Assembly: GCA_041572575.1 (NCBI GenBank)
Contig: JBFFSH010000027.1
Coordinates: 1-31,302, forward strand
Reading direction: 5' to 3'
Origin: Thermodesulfobacteriota bacterium
GTDB lineage: Bacteria; Desulfobacterota_D; UBA1144; Nemesobacterales; N074bin48
Length of the DNA stretch: 31,302 nucleotides
Part shown: piece by piece, positions 18,946 to 28,035 of the stretch
Layout: each line of letters opens with the position of its first letter
Numbering within the stretch: position 1 is the stretch's first letter
Translations under genes and position numbers: made by a program
The notes under the pieces: generated by a model
What the model was told of the DNA's origin: nothing
The model's input: only the letters and a program-made list of their open reading frames with translations
Databases searched by the model: none

Positions 18946-19128
18946 ATGAAAGTAAAGTGTCCCACATGTAATAAATCTGTGAATTGGGAAGATACTATTT
19001 ACAGGCCATTTTGTTCAGAGAGATGCAAGATGATTGATCTTGGAACGTGGGCAAATGAGCAGTATAGTATGCCAGTAGAAGATGCAATAGATAATGAAGA
19101 ATTAGAAGAACATGAGCAGGTTCACTAA
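18946..19128 (+). CDS. yacG: DNA gyrase inhibitor YacG (zinc finger)
   Basis: CPTC...[17 protein letters not shown]. Confidence 0.93.
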   Translation: MKVKCPTCNKSVNWEDTIYRPFCSERCKMIDLGTWANEQYSMPVEDAIDNEELEEHEQVH

Positions 19129-19158
19129 TAAGAAAATCTTTTTGGAGGAGAATTTAAG

Positions 19159-19731
19159 ATGGGAGTAGTTGATGTAAGCAGGTTTCATAAAGGGCTTAAA
19201 ATAGAGTTTGAGGATTCAGTATGGGAAGTTACAGATTACCAGCATTCCAAGATGGGAAGAAGCGGTGCTATTATAACTACAAAGCTTAAAAACATCTTTA
19301 CAGGAGCTGCTCAGGAAAAAAAATTCAGGTCGGGAGATACATTTCAAACCCCTGATTTAGAAAAAAAGCAGATGCAGTATCTATATAAGGATGATATATC
19401 CTTTCACTTTATGGATAACGAAACCTATGATCAGATTGCAATATCACCAGACCAGGTAGGAGACAGCGCAAAATTCTTAAAAGAACAGCAGGATGTGATC
19501 GTAAACTATTATAATGGCGAGCCTATTGGTATAGAGCTTCCTACAACAGTTGATCTCGAGGTTACAGAGACCGATCCTGGTCTTAAGGGTGATACCGTTT
19601 CAGCTTCTACAAAACCTGCAACAGTAGAAACAGGAGCCGTAATAAACGTACCTCTTTTTATAGATATTGGTGAAATTATTAAAGTTGATACAAGAGACGG
19701 CAGTTATGTTGAGAGGGTGAAGAATAAGTAA
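19159..19731 (+). CDS. efp: Elongation factor P (Arg-tipped loop)
   Basis: HSKMGRSGA loop, QYLYKD, FMDNETYDQ, PGLKGDT, KPATVETG, VPLFI. Confidence 0.97.
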   Translation: MGVVDVSRFHKGLKIEFEDSVWEVTDYQHSKMGRSGAIITTKLKNIFTGAAQEKKFRSGDTFQTPDLEKKQMQYLYKDDISFHFMDNETYDQIAISPDQVGDSAKFLKEQQDVIVNYYNGEPIGIELPTTVDLEVTETDPGLKGDTVSASTKPATVETGAVINVPLFIDIGEIIKVDTRDGSYVERVKNK

Positions 19732-19746
19732 TTAATAAATTGCCGG

Positions 19747-21051
19747 TTAACCAAACGGATCACCCATATCAGGATGCCATAGTTTAAAATGATCCTTATG
19801 TAGTTCCGTGTAAGCCCCTTCCTTATAGTGCTTATCATAAAACTCGAGATCTAGGTGGTGTGCCTGGAAAACAAGCCTTGTAAACATAGGGTCTAAAAAT
19901 GCCGGAAACCTGCCGTAGTTTTCATGCACATACCTGCAAAAATCTTTTACTATCTCTACTCTCACTTCTTTTGGATGATACTCATCGTCTAAAATACCTT
20001 CAGGGTCTTGATAAGGGAATGGATTGTCTTCATTCCAGAAATCTCCTCTAATTTGCAGGAATTTATCGACCGCTTCACCCATATCCTTTACATACGGAGG
20101 ACAGAGCGCCTCAAATACTCCATCCCTTCCTACAGGAACAGGGTTCTTTTCGCTGCGTAGAGATTCTTCGGGTGTAGTAAAAGTAAAGCCAAGGCCGGGA
20201 AACTCTGGTTTTAATCCCAATGCATAATGGGGTAGAAGCCCCGTAAAAGCCCAACCGCCAAGTCCAAGGCACTGAAGCGCGAGATTCATATTTTGGCATA
20301 TAAATGCCTGTTCTACATTTAGTGTTGTTAGCACTCTTAGCTCTAGATCAAATAGTGACATGCGGACATCATTTTTTATGTATCCCTTTTTTATCCACTT
20401 ATCGAGCCCGCAACTCCTGCCGCCGTTTAGCTCGTCTATAATGTTAAATCCATACTTTGAGCCAAAATAAATAAATAGCAGTACCATGTACTCAACTGTT
20501 GTGTTTGTAACAGGGATCAAAAATGTAGTGCCGGGTTTGTTTACGTTCCATGCATTAAAATCAAAAAGCCCTGGCTCGCCCTTTGGAAGTACTGCTCTAC
20601 CATCCTCAAGTTTAAGCTGACTCTTATTAAAAAGAGACAAGAGCCTTTCCAGTTTTTGCTCATCTGATTTGTTCTGAAATATTGATGTTTGATCTTTGTC
20701 CGGCAGCAGATCAAAAAGCTTTACCATATATACTCCGTCATCATTTGTATAAAAGAGCTCTGTAGAATGAGAATTGCATGAGCAGGGCCAGCTTCTTCCT
20801 GTCCAGTGGAACAGCCATGATATACCGGTTCTTGGAAGATCACCAAGGGAAAGTCCGGTCATACCTGTCCCAGCCCATATGAGCATTGCTTCTTCCAGAT
20901 TTGATAGTGCTACCGGTTTGTGACTTGATTTATGTTTTAGCGTTCCTTCTTCTATTTCCATTCCAAGACCAAATCTTCGTGAGCGTCTTGAAAAGATAGA
21001 ATCATAAAATCCAAAGTTTAGTGCCGTTTCAAAACCATCAGGTACTTCCAT
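19747..21051 (-). CDS. Uncharacterised protein with probable nitroreductase/SagB-like (FMN) fold
   Basis: SRRSRRF near the N-terminus, GRSWPCSC at the PSAG-like position, and EQAFICQNMNLALQCLGLGGW typical of nitroreductase superfamily; GGAGG RBS. Confidence 0.6.
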   Translation of the reverse strand: MEVPDGFETALNFGFYDSIFSRRSRRFGLGMEIEEGTLKHKSSHKPVALSNLEEAMLIWAGTGMTGLSLGDLPRTGISWLFHWTGRSWPCSCNSHSTELFYTNDDGVYMVKLFDLLPDKDQTSIFQNKSDEQKLERLLSLFNKSQLKLEDGRAVLPKGEPGLFDFNAWNVNKPGTTFLIPVTNTTVEYMVLLFIYFGSKYGFNIIDELNGGRSCGLDKWIKKGYIKNDVRMSLFDLELRVLTTLNVEQAFICQNMNLALQCLGLGGWAFTGLLPHYALGLKPEFPGLGFTFTTPEESLRSEKNPVPVGRDGVFEALCPPYVKDMGEAVDKFLQIRGDFWNEDNPFPYQDPEGILDDEYHPKEVRVEIVKDFCRYVHENYGRFPAFLDPMFTRLVFQAHHLDLEFYDKHYKEGAYTELHKDHFKLWHPDMGDPFG

Positions 21052-21188
21052 TCAGTTTCCTCCAGGTATAAAAGTATGTAGAACTATTAACTAAGATATT
21101 AGTCTTATATATGATATCACTACATATTGTATAATTTTTTTCATATAAATACTATATGTAAAAAAACCTTTGACAAAAGTTAAGAAAT

Positions 21189-23042
21189 ATGATTAACTTT
21201 TCGTCAATGTTCACCAGGTATTACTATTTATTTCTACCCATTCTGCTTTTAACAATAAGCTGTGCTACTACAGGTAAGCAAGCTTCACAGTCTATTTCTG
21301 ATAACGCATTTTCTGCGTTATCCAATCAGAGTGATAGTTATTATGGCGGCCATGTATTGGGCCAGAGTGAAGCTTCGGCCGAACAATATTTTGTTAGGGA
21401 AGACAGAACAGGTTATTACCTTCTCGATCCGGACGATCAGACCTGGAAGGCACACTACTATTTTTTTAGAATCAGAGACCATATATATGAAGACCTGGTG
21501 GATCAGCTTCCAACTACCGATCAGGAAATACCTATTGTTCTAAACGATAAGGTCCAGAAATATATAAACTTCTATCAAAACAGAGGTAGAAAGACTTTTA
21601 CAAGGTGGCTTGAAAGATCAGGCAAGTTTATCCCAATGATGACCGAGATCCTAAAGAAAAAGGATCTTCCATCAGACCTGGTTTATCTATCAATGATTGA
21701 AAGCGGTTTTAATGTAAAGGCACGCTCTCCAATGGGTGCTGTAGGGCCCTGGCAGTTTATTAGAGGAACCGGCAGGAAGTATGGACTTACTATAAATTCC
21801 TGGATAGATGAGAGGATGAATCCTGAAAAGTCTACAATAGCAGCTGCTAATTATTTGAGCGATCTATATGAAATGTTCGAGTCTTGGGAGCTTGCAGCAG
21901 CTGGTTACAATGCAGGAGAACACAGGGTGCAGCGTGCAATTGATAAATATAATCATGACGATTTTTGGGAGATGTCCCGAACAAGAAAGGCTTTGCCTCG
22001 TGAAACACAAGAGTATGTACCTAAAATTGTAGCGGCATTAGTAATTGTAAAAAATCCGGAGAAGTATGGTTTTACAGAGATTGATTATCACAAACCTCAA
22101 TCATATGAAATTGCTGTAGTTCCTGCTCAAAAAAGTTTAAAAGATATTGCAAGAGTAATAAAAACTGATTACAAAACACTAAGAGATCTTAATCCGAGTC
22201 TTATAAGAAATGCTACTCCGCCTGGCTCAAATTATTTATTAAAGGTTCCTGACGGATATGGGCAGATTGTTGGAGAAAAGCAGACAGAGCTTTATGCCCT
22301 TAAGAAATATAATGCGCCTATGTATCTTACTCACCGGGTAAAAAGCGGTGATACCCTGGGTGGTATAGCCAGAAGATACAGGTCCTCAGTTTCTTCCATT
22401 AAAAGAACCAATAAATTAAGAGGTAATCTTATAAGAATAGGGCAAAAACTAAGAATTCCTACAAAATATACCGGCAGTTCTTATGCATCAAATAGTAGTT
22501 CAAGTAAGTCATCCTCTTATAGCGCTTCATCCAAGTCATCAACCTATAAAGTGAGAAAAGGTGACACTGTTGGCGGGATTGCCAGCAGACACGGTGTGAG
22601 CATTAAATCAATAAAAGCAGCAAATAAGATCAAAGGAAATACTATATACCCGGGACAGAAGCTCACTATACCCGGAGGATCGAGCTATTCTTCAAAATCC
22701 ACAACGGTTGCCAAGAAAGCCAAAACTTATAAAGTGAGAAGTGGTGATACTCTTAGTCAAATTGCTGAAAGGCATGGAGTTAGACTCCACTCACTAAAGA
22801 GAGAAAATAACATCAAAGGTGCTAATATTAGAGTAGGTCAGGTTCTCAAAATTCCTACTAAAGTGTATGCAAAATCTTCTTCGAGTAAGTCAAACCTAAT
22901 ATCATACAATGTAAGAAGTGGCGACAACCTGTGGGAAATTGCAAGAAAGCACAACACAACTGTCTCTAAGATTAAGAAATGGAACAATCTCAAGTCAAAC
23001 AGGCTCGATAGAGGCGACGTTTTAAAAATCTACGTTAAATAA
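21189..23042 (+). CDS. mltD: MltD-like lytic murein transglycosylase with four C-terminal LysM domains
   Basis: Lipobox-like LTISC; MIESG, AVGPWQFI, AGYNAGE, LPRETQEYVPK; four (H/Y)xV(K/R)xGD LysM repeats. Start may be ATG 21207. Confidence 0.92.
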   Translation: MINFSSMFTRYYYLFLPILLLTISCATTGKQASQSISDNAFSALSNQSDSYYGGHVLGQSEASAEQYFVREDRTGYYLLDPDDQTWKAHYYFFRIRDHIYEDLVDQLPTTDQEIPIVLNDKVQKYINFYQNRGRKTFTRWLERSGKFIPMMTEILKKKDLPSDLVYLSMIESGFNVKARSPMGAVGPWQFIRGTGRKYGLTINSWIDERMNPEKSTIAAANYLSDLYEMFESWELAAAGYNAGEHRVQRAIDKYNHDDFWEMSRTRKALPRETQEYVPKIVAALVIVKNPEKYGFTEIDYHKPQSYEIAVVPAQKSLKDIARVIKTDYKTLRDLNPSLIRNATPPGSNYLLKVPDGYGQIVGEKQTELYALKKYNAPMYLTHRVKSGDTLGGIARRYRSSVSSIKRTNKLRGNLIRIGQKLRIPTKYTGSSYASNSSSSKSSSYSASSKSSTYKVRKGDTVGGIASRHGVSIKSIKAANKIKGNTIYPGQKLTIPGGSSYSSKSTTVAKKAKTYKVRSGDTLSQIAERHGVRLHSLKRENNIKGANIRVGQVLKIPTKVYAKSSSSKSNLISYNVRSGDNLWEIARKHNTTVSKIKKWNNLKSNRLDRGDVLKIYVK

Positions 23043-23072
23043 TCAAACCATCCTCAAGCTTTTCCAATCATC

Positions 23073-23723
23073 ATGAATCACAAGCTTATTTCCAGACTGC
23101 AGGATAGCTACGAGAAAAAGAAGCCGCTTATAAAGTCTCGTCTAAATGATTTTAAACAGATCAGAAAAAATGCATCAGATGAGCTGTTATTTGAAGAGAT
23201 GACATTTTGCATACTCGCGGCAGGCACAAGCGCAAAGATGGCTCTAAACTCAGTAGAGGCTGTAAAGGATGTGCTTGCTTTTGGAGATTTTAATCAAATT
23301 AGAGCTAGCCTAATCGGGCATTACAGATATCCAAATCTCAGAGCTAATCATATAATCCAGTGCAGAGAGTATCTGAAATCTGAATATAATTTCAATATTA
23401 GAGATATGATCGCTAACATAAAAGACCCAATTGAGAGAAGAGGGTTTTTGGCTACGACTTCGGAAATAAAAGGCATAGGGTTTAAAGAGGCAAGCCATTT
23501 TTTAAGAAACACCGGACACTCAGGCTATGCAATATTGGATAAACATATCATTTATTACTTATATGAGCTTAATCTAATAAGATCAAACGAAATTCCTACT
23601 ACAGAAAATAAATATTTAGAAACAGAGAAAATACTGATAAACTTTTCAAAAGATATAGGAATAAACATAGATGAACTGGACCTTCTTCTTTGGAGTGAGA
23701 AGACCGGGGAGATTTTGAAGTGA
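23073..23723 (+). CDS. ogg: 8-oxoguanine DNA glycosylase/AP lyase (Ogg2, archaeal/Thermotoga type)
   Basis: EMTFCIL, YRYPNLRA, HhH IKGIGFKEASHFLRNTG, ILDKH, C-terminal TGEILK. Confidence 0.9.
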   Translation: MNHKLISRLQDSYEKKKPLIKSRLNDFKQIRKNASDELLFEEMTFCILAAGTSAKMALNSVEAVKDVLAFGDFNQIRASLIGHYRYPNLRANHIIQCREYLKSEYNFNIRDMIANIKDPIERRGFLATTSEIKGIGFKEASHFLRNTGHSGYAILDKHIIYYLYELNLIRSNEIPTTENKYLETEKILINFSKDIGINIDELDLLLWSEKTGEILK

Positions 23724-23798
23724 TAAGATTATTTTTATACAATAAATATATTATATAAGTTTCAGATTATTAATAATAATATATCATCGAACATTTCA

Positions 23799-24095
23799 AT
23801 GGCACAATTCATCGATAATGGCAGTTTTACTATCAAAGGCTTTAAATTATTTTGGAAGATTCGTCATTGGGGTGGGGCGTCTAATGCTTACGAAAATCAT
23901 CGAGGAATAGCAGTATGTGTTAATGCTGAATCTGGTAAAGAAAGAGAACTTATAGTAGAGTTCCCGTTTAATATGTATTTCTTTGAGAAACCAAGATCAC
24001 AGCGTGACTTCGAAGCCAAGTTGTTTCAAGAAGTAGAATTGGCATTAGATCAAGGATGGGATCCTAAGTCACGTGGCAAGGCTAAGACATGGTAG
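23799..24095 (+). CDS. Hypothetical protein
   Basis: 98-codon ORF co-oriented between ogg and tag; no recognisable family. Confidence 0.55.
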   Translation: MAQFIDNGSFTIKGFKLFWKIRHWGGASNAYENHRGIAVCVNAESGKERELIVEFPFNMYFFEKPRSQRDFEAKLFQEVELALDQGWDPKSRGKAKTW

Positions 24096-24155
24096 GTGAG
24101 GGAGTAAAATTGAAGAATTGTACTATTAATAAGGTTAGAATATTAATAATAATTC

Positions 24156-24734
24156 ATGACTACTGACAACAAACCAAGATGCTCGTGGATGGGGGATGAT
24201 GAGATAATGCTACATTATCATGACGAGGAGTGGGGTGTGCCTGTTCATGATGACAGGAAATGGTTTGAGTATATAATTCTAGATGCATTTCAGGCTGGGC
24301 TTTCATGGAAAACAGTACTTCATAAAAGAGAAGGATTTAAAAAAGTGTTCTTTAAATTTGATCCTATAAAAGTTGCAAGAATTACAGATAAACAGATGGA
24401 GTCTGCAAGGAATAATCCTGCCATTATCAGAAACAGATTAAAAATTAAAGCGGCCAAAACAAATGCTGAGGCATTTTTAAAATTACAGAAAGAACACGGC
24501 TCTTTTAATTCATATATATGGTCATTTACAGATGGTCAAGTAATTCAAAATAAGTGGAATAGTCTCGGTGATATTCCGGCATCAACCCCTCTTTCAGATG
24601 AAATTAGCAAGGCGCTAAAAAAAGAGGGATTTACCTTTGTGGGATCTACTATTTGTTATGCATTCCTACAGGCAGCAGGCGTGGTAAATGATCATATAAC
24701 AAGCTGTTTTAGGTATAAGGAATTAATAAAATAA
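24156..24734 (+). CDS. tag: DNA-3-methyladenine glycosylase I
   Basis: RCSW, YHDEEWG, FQAGLSW, IIRNRLKI, FVGSTICYAFLQAAGVVNDH...C. Confidence 0.96.
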   Translation: MTTDNKPRCSWMGDDEIMLHYHDEEWGVPVHDDRKWFEYIILDAFQAGLSWKTVLHKREGFKKVFFKFDPIKVARITDKQMESARNNPAIIRNRLKIKAAKTNAEAFLKLQKEHGSFNSYIWSFTDGQVIQNKWNSLGDIPASTPLSDEISKALKKEGFTFVGSTICYAFLQAAGVVNDHITSCFRYKELIK

Positions 24735-24797
24735 CTGTAACCCACCTGCATCATGAAATAATTTATGCTTGAATGTTATATGTTAAATTTAATTGTA

Positions 24798-24826
24798 TTG
24801 CTTTTTACCATTAAAAACTTTATATT
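24798..24826 (+). promoter_or_regulatory. Putative sigma70 promoter of leader-cusCBA operon
   Basis: TTGCTT-N17-TATATT, 9 bp before ATG 24836. Confidence 0.45.
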
Positions 24827-24835
24827 AAAACTAAT

Positions 24836-25225
24836 ATGAAAAAGGTTCTATCATTTTTTCTTGCTCTAAATATATTCCTTTGTTATGGCGGGCTGTGTGA
24901 TCTGTGTCATGCGTTAGGCCCTGAGCCGGATACTGCGGCTGACTGTCATTCCATGGGCGCAATGCAGATGGAGCAATCAACCATAGATACATCTTTGGAT
25001 TTTCAGATATCATCTATAGAAGAAAATATATCTCTTTGCCAGTATTTTCTTTTAAGTAAATCTTTTGAGATTGAAGACAATTTGTATGATGGTGAAATAT
25101 TTACAGAGTTATTTATTTCACAGACTAATAATTACAATTATATTTTCGAGAAATCTAGTTTTAAGATACCTGACAGAGCAATACCCACCGAGCTTTTTAT
25201 AAAAAACTCTTCTTATTTAATCTAG
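24836..25225 (+). CDS. Small exported Cys/His/Met protein, putative metal-sensing leader (DUF2946/CutF-like role)
   Basis: Signal-like N-terminus, CYGGLCDLCH, DCHSMGAMQM, and C-terminal PDRAIPTELFIKNSSYLI; first ORF of the metal RND operon. Confidence 0.6.
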   Translation: MKKVLSFFLALNIFLCYGGLCDLCHALGPEPDTAADCHSMGAMQMEQSTIDTSLDFQISSIEENISLCQYFLLSKSFEIEDNLYDGEIFTELFISQTNNYNYIFEKSSFKIPDRAIPTELFIKNSSYLI

Positions 25226-25227
25226 AA

Positions 25228-25321
25228 ATATTTCTCTCCGTTATTTTTTCCCGTTTACAGGGAAGTTTTATCCACTTGGGTTCATTTAGGAACTCTAATT
25301 CTTAACCGTGGAGGGAAATAT
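25228..25321 (+). promoter_or_regulatory. Anti-Shine-Dalgarno stem sequestering cusC RBS/start
   Basis: AUAUUUCUCUCCG (25228..25240) pairs over 13 contiguous bp (two G-U) with UGGAGGGAAAUAU (25309..25321). Confidence 0.65.
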
Positions 25322-26603
25322 GTATTTTTATCTTATTTTAACACTGTTTTTATTTATAAATTCTGCCGTGCTTGAGGCAAAGGAGAGTTTTAGTCTCGAT
25401 AGCGCAATCAGACAGGCTTTGGACAATAATCCTGAAATAAAGGCTGCACAAGCAATGTCTTTAGCTTCTGCTAAGAGACCTACTCAGGTGTCTTCACTTC
25501 CAAATCCAACAATTGGACTCAGGTTTAAAAATGTAAGTTTCTCAGAGATTACGCTTGGTGAAGATCCAAGAACTGATATTCAGGCATATTTTATTCAGGA
25601 TATACCATTTCCAACCAAACTCTCTTCCAAAAGAAAAATTGCCGAGCAGGTATCAGAGGCCCAAAAATGGAAAGCAGAGTCTGTTACAAGAAGAGTTATA
25701 GCAGAGCTCAAAAAAGAGTACTACAACTGGTATCTGATTAGTAAATCACTCGAAATTACAAAACGAAATAAGGAACTTCTGGAGCAATTTGTAAAAACAG
25801 CAGAGATAAAATACGAAGTCGGAAAGGGTATACAGCAGGACGTTATTAAAGCACAAGTGGAACTCTCTTCGTTCATTCATACAGTAGAACACCTGAGTAT
25901 GAAAAAAGAGATCACCGAGGCAAGAATAAAGAAGATATTAAATCTCTCCCAGCATTCTGATATCGGTAGTCCTGAAAAAATAGAGAAAACGGATATTGAC
26001 ATCACACTGGAAAATCTAAGCGAAATGACCAAGAATCAGTCCCCACAATTACTTTCAGAACTCGAGCTTGTTGAGGGTTCAAAAGAACAGCTGCAGCTTG
26101 CAAAAAAGCAGTATCTTCCGGATTTTGTGATTCAGGGCACTTATTTTAACAGAGACGGAGGAACTGATAATTTCGAAGACCTCTGGCAGGTGGGGCTTGG
26201 CCTGAAAGTGCCGCTTTATTTCTGGAGAAAAGAAAAGCCTGCAATACAAGAGGCTCATTTAAACCTTCAGGCTAGTAAGGATAGATATGATGATAGTACG
26301 TCAGAGATTTTGTTTGAGATCAAGGATAAATATATTTCTGCTAGTACTGCAGACAGGCTCATGGGCTTGTATAAAGATGGAATCATACCTCAGTCACAGA
26401 TTTCCCTTGAGTCTGCAATTTCCGGCTATCAGGTGGGTGATGTGGATTTTCTTACACTACTTAATAATCTCATAACCCTATTTAATTTTGAGATTGAGTA
26501 CTACAAACAGCTTGCCGAGCATGAGATATCTGTAGCAATGCTTGAGCAGATATCGGGAGTAGATTTTAATAAAACAGAGTCTGGTAATCAGGGGAGAAAT
26601 TGA
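25320..26603 (+). CDS. TolC/CusC-family outer-membrane efflux protein
   Basis: Signal peptide, ALDNNPEI, LPNP, YLPDF, SGYQVGDVDFLTLL. Start ATG 25320 after GGAGGG RBS. Confidence 0.92.
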   Translation: MYFYLILTLFLFINSAVLEAKESFSLDSAIRQALDNNPEIKAAQAMSLASAKRPTQVSSLPNPTIGLRFKNVSFSEITLGEDPRTDIQAYFIQDIPFPTKLSSKRKIAEQVSEAQKWKAESVTRRVIAELKKEYYNWYLISKSLEITKRNKELLEQFVKTAEIKYEVGKGIQQDVIKAQVELSSFIHTVEHLSMKKEITEARIKKILNLSQHSDIGSPEKIEKTDIDITLENLSEMTKNQSPQLLSELELVEGSKEQLQLAKKQYLPDFVIQGTYFNRDGGTDNFEDLWQVGLGLKVPLYFWRKEKPAIQEAHLNLQASKDRYDDSTSEILFEIKDKYISASTADRLMGLYKDGIIPQSQISLESAISGYQVGDVDFLTLLNNLITLFNFEIEYYKQLAEHEISVAMLEQISGVDFNKTESGNQGRN

Positions 26604-26604
26604 G

Positions 26605-28035
26605 ATGAAATTTAAAAACAATAAAGCCGTAGTAGGGTTAATCTTAATTATTATTACAGGATTAGCCTTGTTTGGATCAAAAATACCTGTTGTAAATAAA
26701 ATCCCATTATTTACACAAAAACACGAGCATGAATATATGCCGGTAATGGATGAGGATGGGGCTATAGAGTACTGGACATGCGCCATGCATCCGTCTGTGA
26801 GGCTTGATGAACCGGGTCAGTGCCCTATATGCGGGATGGATCTAACATCTGTTGAAAAACCAATAAAACATAAGAGCAGCGATATGGATAACGCATCATC
26901 ACAGAATATGCATGACCATAGTGGTCATGGCACAGGTGTGATGCCCAAAAAACAAGAAGATGGACAAGTAAGTTCAGAGTTTATAGTAAGCCCACAAAGG
27001 CAGCAGATGATTGGTGTTAAGACAGAGATAGTCTCTATTCGGTCTATGAACAGGACGATTCGAACAGTTGGTAAGGTTGAGCTTGATGAAACTAAAATAG
27101 AACACATACACACAAAAGTAAGCGGTTGGATCGATAAAGTGTTTGTAGACTTTACATGGAAGCATGTAATGAAGGGCGACCCACTATTTTCTATATACAG
27201 CCCCGATCTTGTATCCACACAACAGGAGTACCTGCTTGCACTCAAATCAGAGAATGTTCTTGGAAAAAGCGAGTTTTCCGAGATTTCAGGCGGCGCAAAG
27301 TCGCTGGCTGAGGCTACAAGAAGAAGGCTTAAACTCTGGGATATCTCAGAATCACAGATAAGAGAACTGGAAAGAACAGGAAAGGTAAAAAAGAGCCTTG
27401 TTATTTACTCTCCCATAACAGGTCATGTTTCGTTTAAAAATGCATTTGAGAATATGTATGTTGAGCCTAAGACAACAATTTTTACAATTGCCGATCACTC
27501 TACTGCATGGGTAAATGCTGATATATATGAGGATGAAATATCTCTGGTTAAACCGGGTCAGCATGCTTCTATTACAGTTACGGCACTCCCGGGTGAGGCG
27601 TTCCATGGACAGATCACATTCGTATGGCCGCATCTTATGAAAAAAACCAGAACTTCCAAGGCAAGGCTGGAGTTTCCAAACCCTGATCTGAAGCTCCTGC
27701 CAGAGATGTTTGCTGATGTAACTATTGAAATACCCAGTGAAGATAAACTCTCAGTACCTACAAGCGCAGTACTGAGAACTGGCAAGCAGAATATAGTGTT
27801 TGTTGATAAAGGTGAAGGGGCGCTGCAAATAAGAAAGGTCAAACTTGGACAGAAATCTGAGCTGTACTATGAAGTGCTTAAAGGTTTAAAAGAAGGTGAC
27901 AGGGTGGTAACAAGCGCAAACTTCCTGATTGATTCGGAAAGCAAGGTGAGGGCTGCTGTGGCTACGTGGGGAGATGATGATCAGTCAGAAACTACCGAAG
28001 ATATAAAATCAGATAACCATGAGAGTATGAAATGA
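26605..28035 (+). CDS. cusB: CusB-like RND membrane-fusion protein with N-terminal heavy-metal-binding domain
   Basis: WTCAMHP...PGQCPICGMDL, His-rich MHDHSGHG, GWIDKV, YSPDLVSTQQEYL, NFLIDSES. Confidence 0.9.
   Translation: MKFKNNKAVVGLILIIITGLALFGSKIPVVNKIPLFTQKHEHEYMPVMDEDGAIEYWTCAMHPSVRLDEPGQCPICGMDLTSVEKPIKHKSSDMDNASSQNMHDHSGHGTGVMPKKQEDGQVSSEFIVSPQRQQMIGVKTEIVSIRSMNRTIRTVGKVELDETKIEHIHTKVSGWIDKVFVDFTWKHVMKGDPLFSIYSPDLVSTQQEYLLALKSENVLGKSEFSEISGGAKSLAEATRRRLKLWDISESQIRELERTGKVKKSLVIYSPITGHVSFKNAFENMYVEPKTTIFTIADHSTAWVNADIYEDEISLVKPGQHASITVTALPGEAFHGQITFVWPHLMKKTRTSKARLEFPNPDLKLLPEMFADVTIEIPSEDKLSVPTSAVLRTGKQNIVFVDKGEGALQIRKVKLGQKSELYYEVLKGLKEGDRVVTSANFLIDSESKVRAAVATWGDDDQSETTEDIKSDNHESMK

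Noticed and set aside
22320..23042. Repeated AAAGTGAGAA..GGTGA.AC segments as a DNA repeat array or CRISPR
   Set aside because: They are the coding sequences of LysM repeats; there are no regularly spaced identical repeats and no cas genes.
24802..24817. TTTTTA-ccat-TAAAAA palindrome as CueR/MerR operator
   Set aside because: It is pure A/T in an AT-rich region, the spacer is 17 rather than 19 bp, and no regulator gene is nearby.
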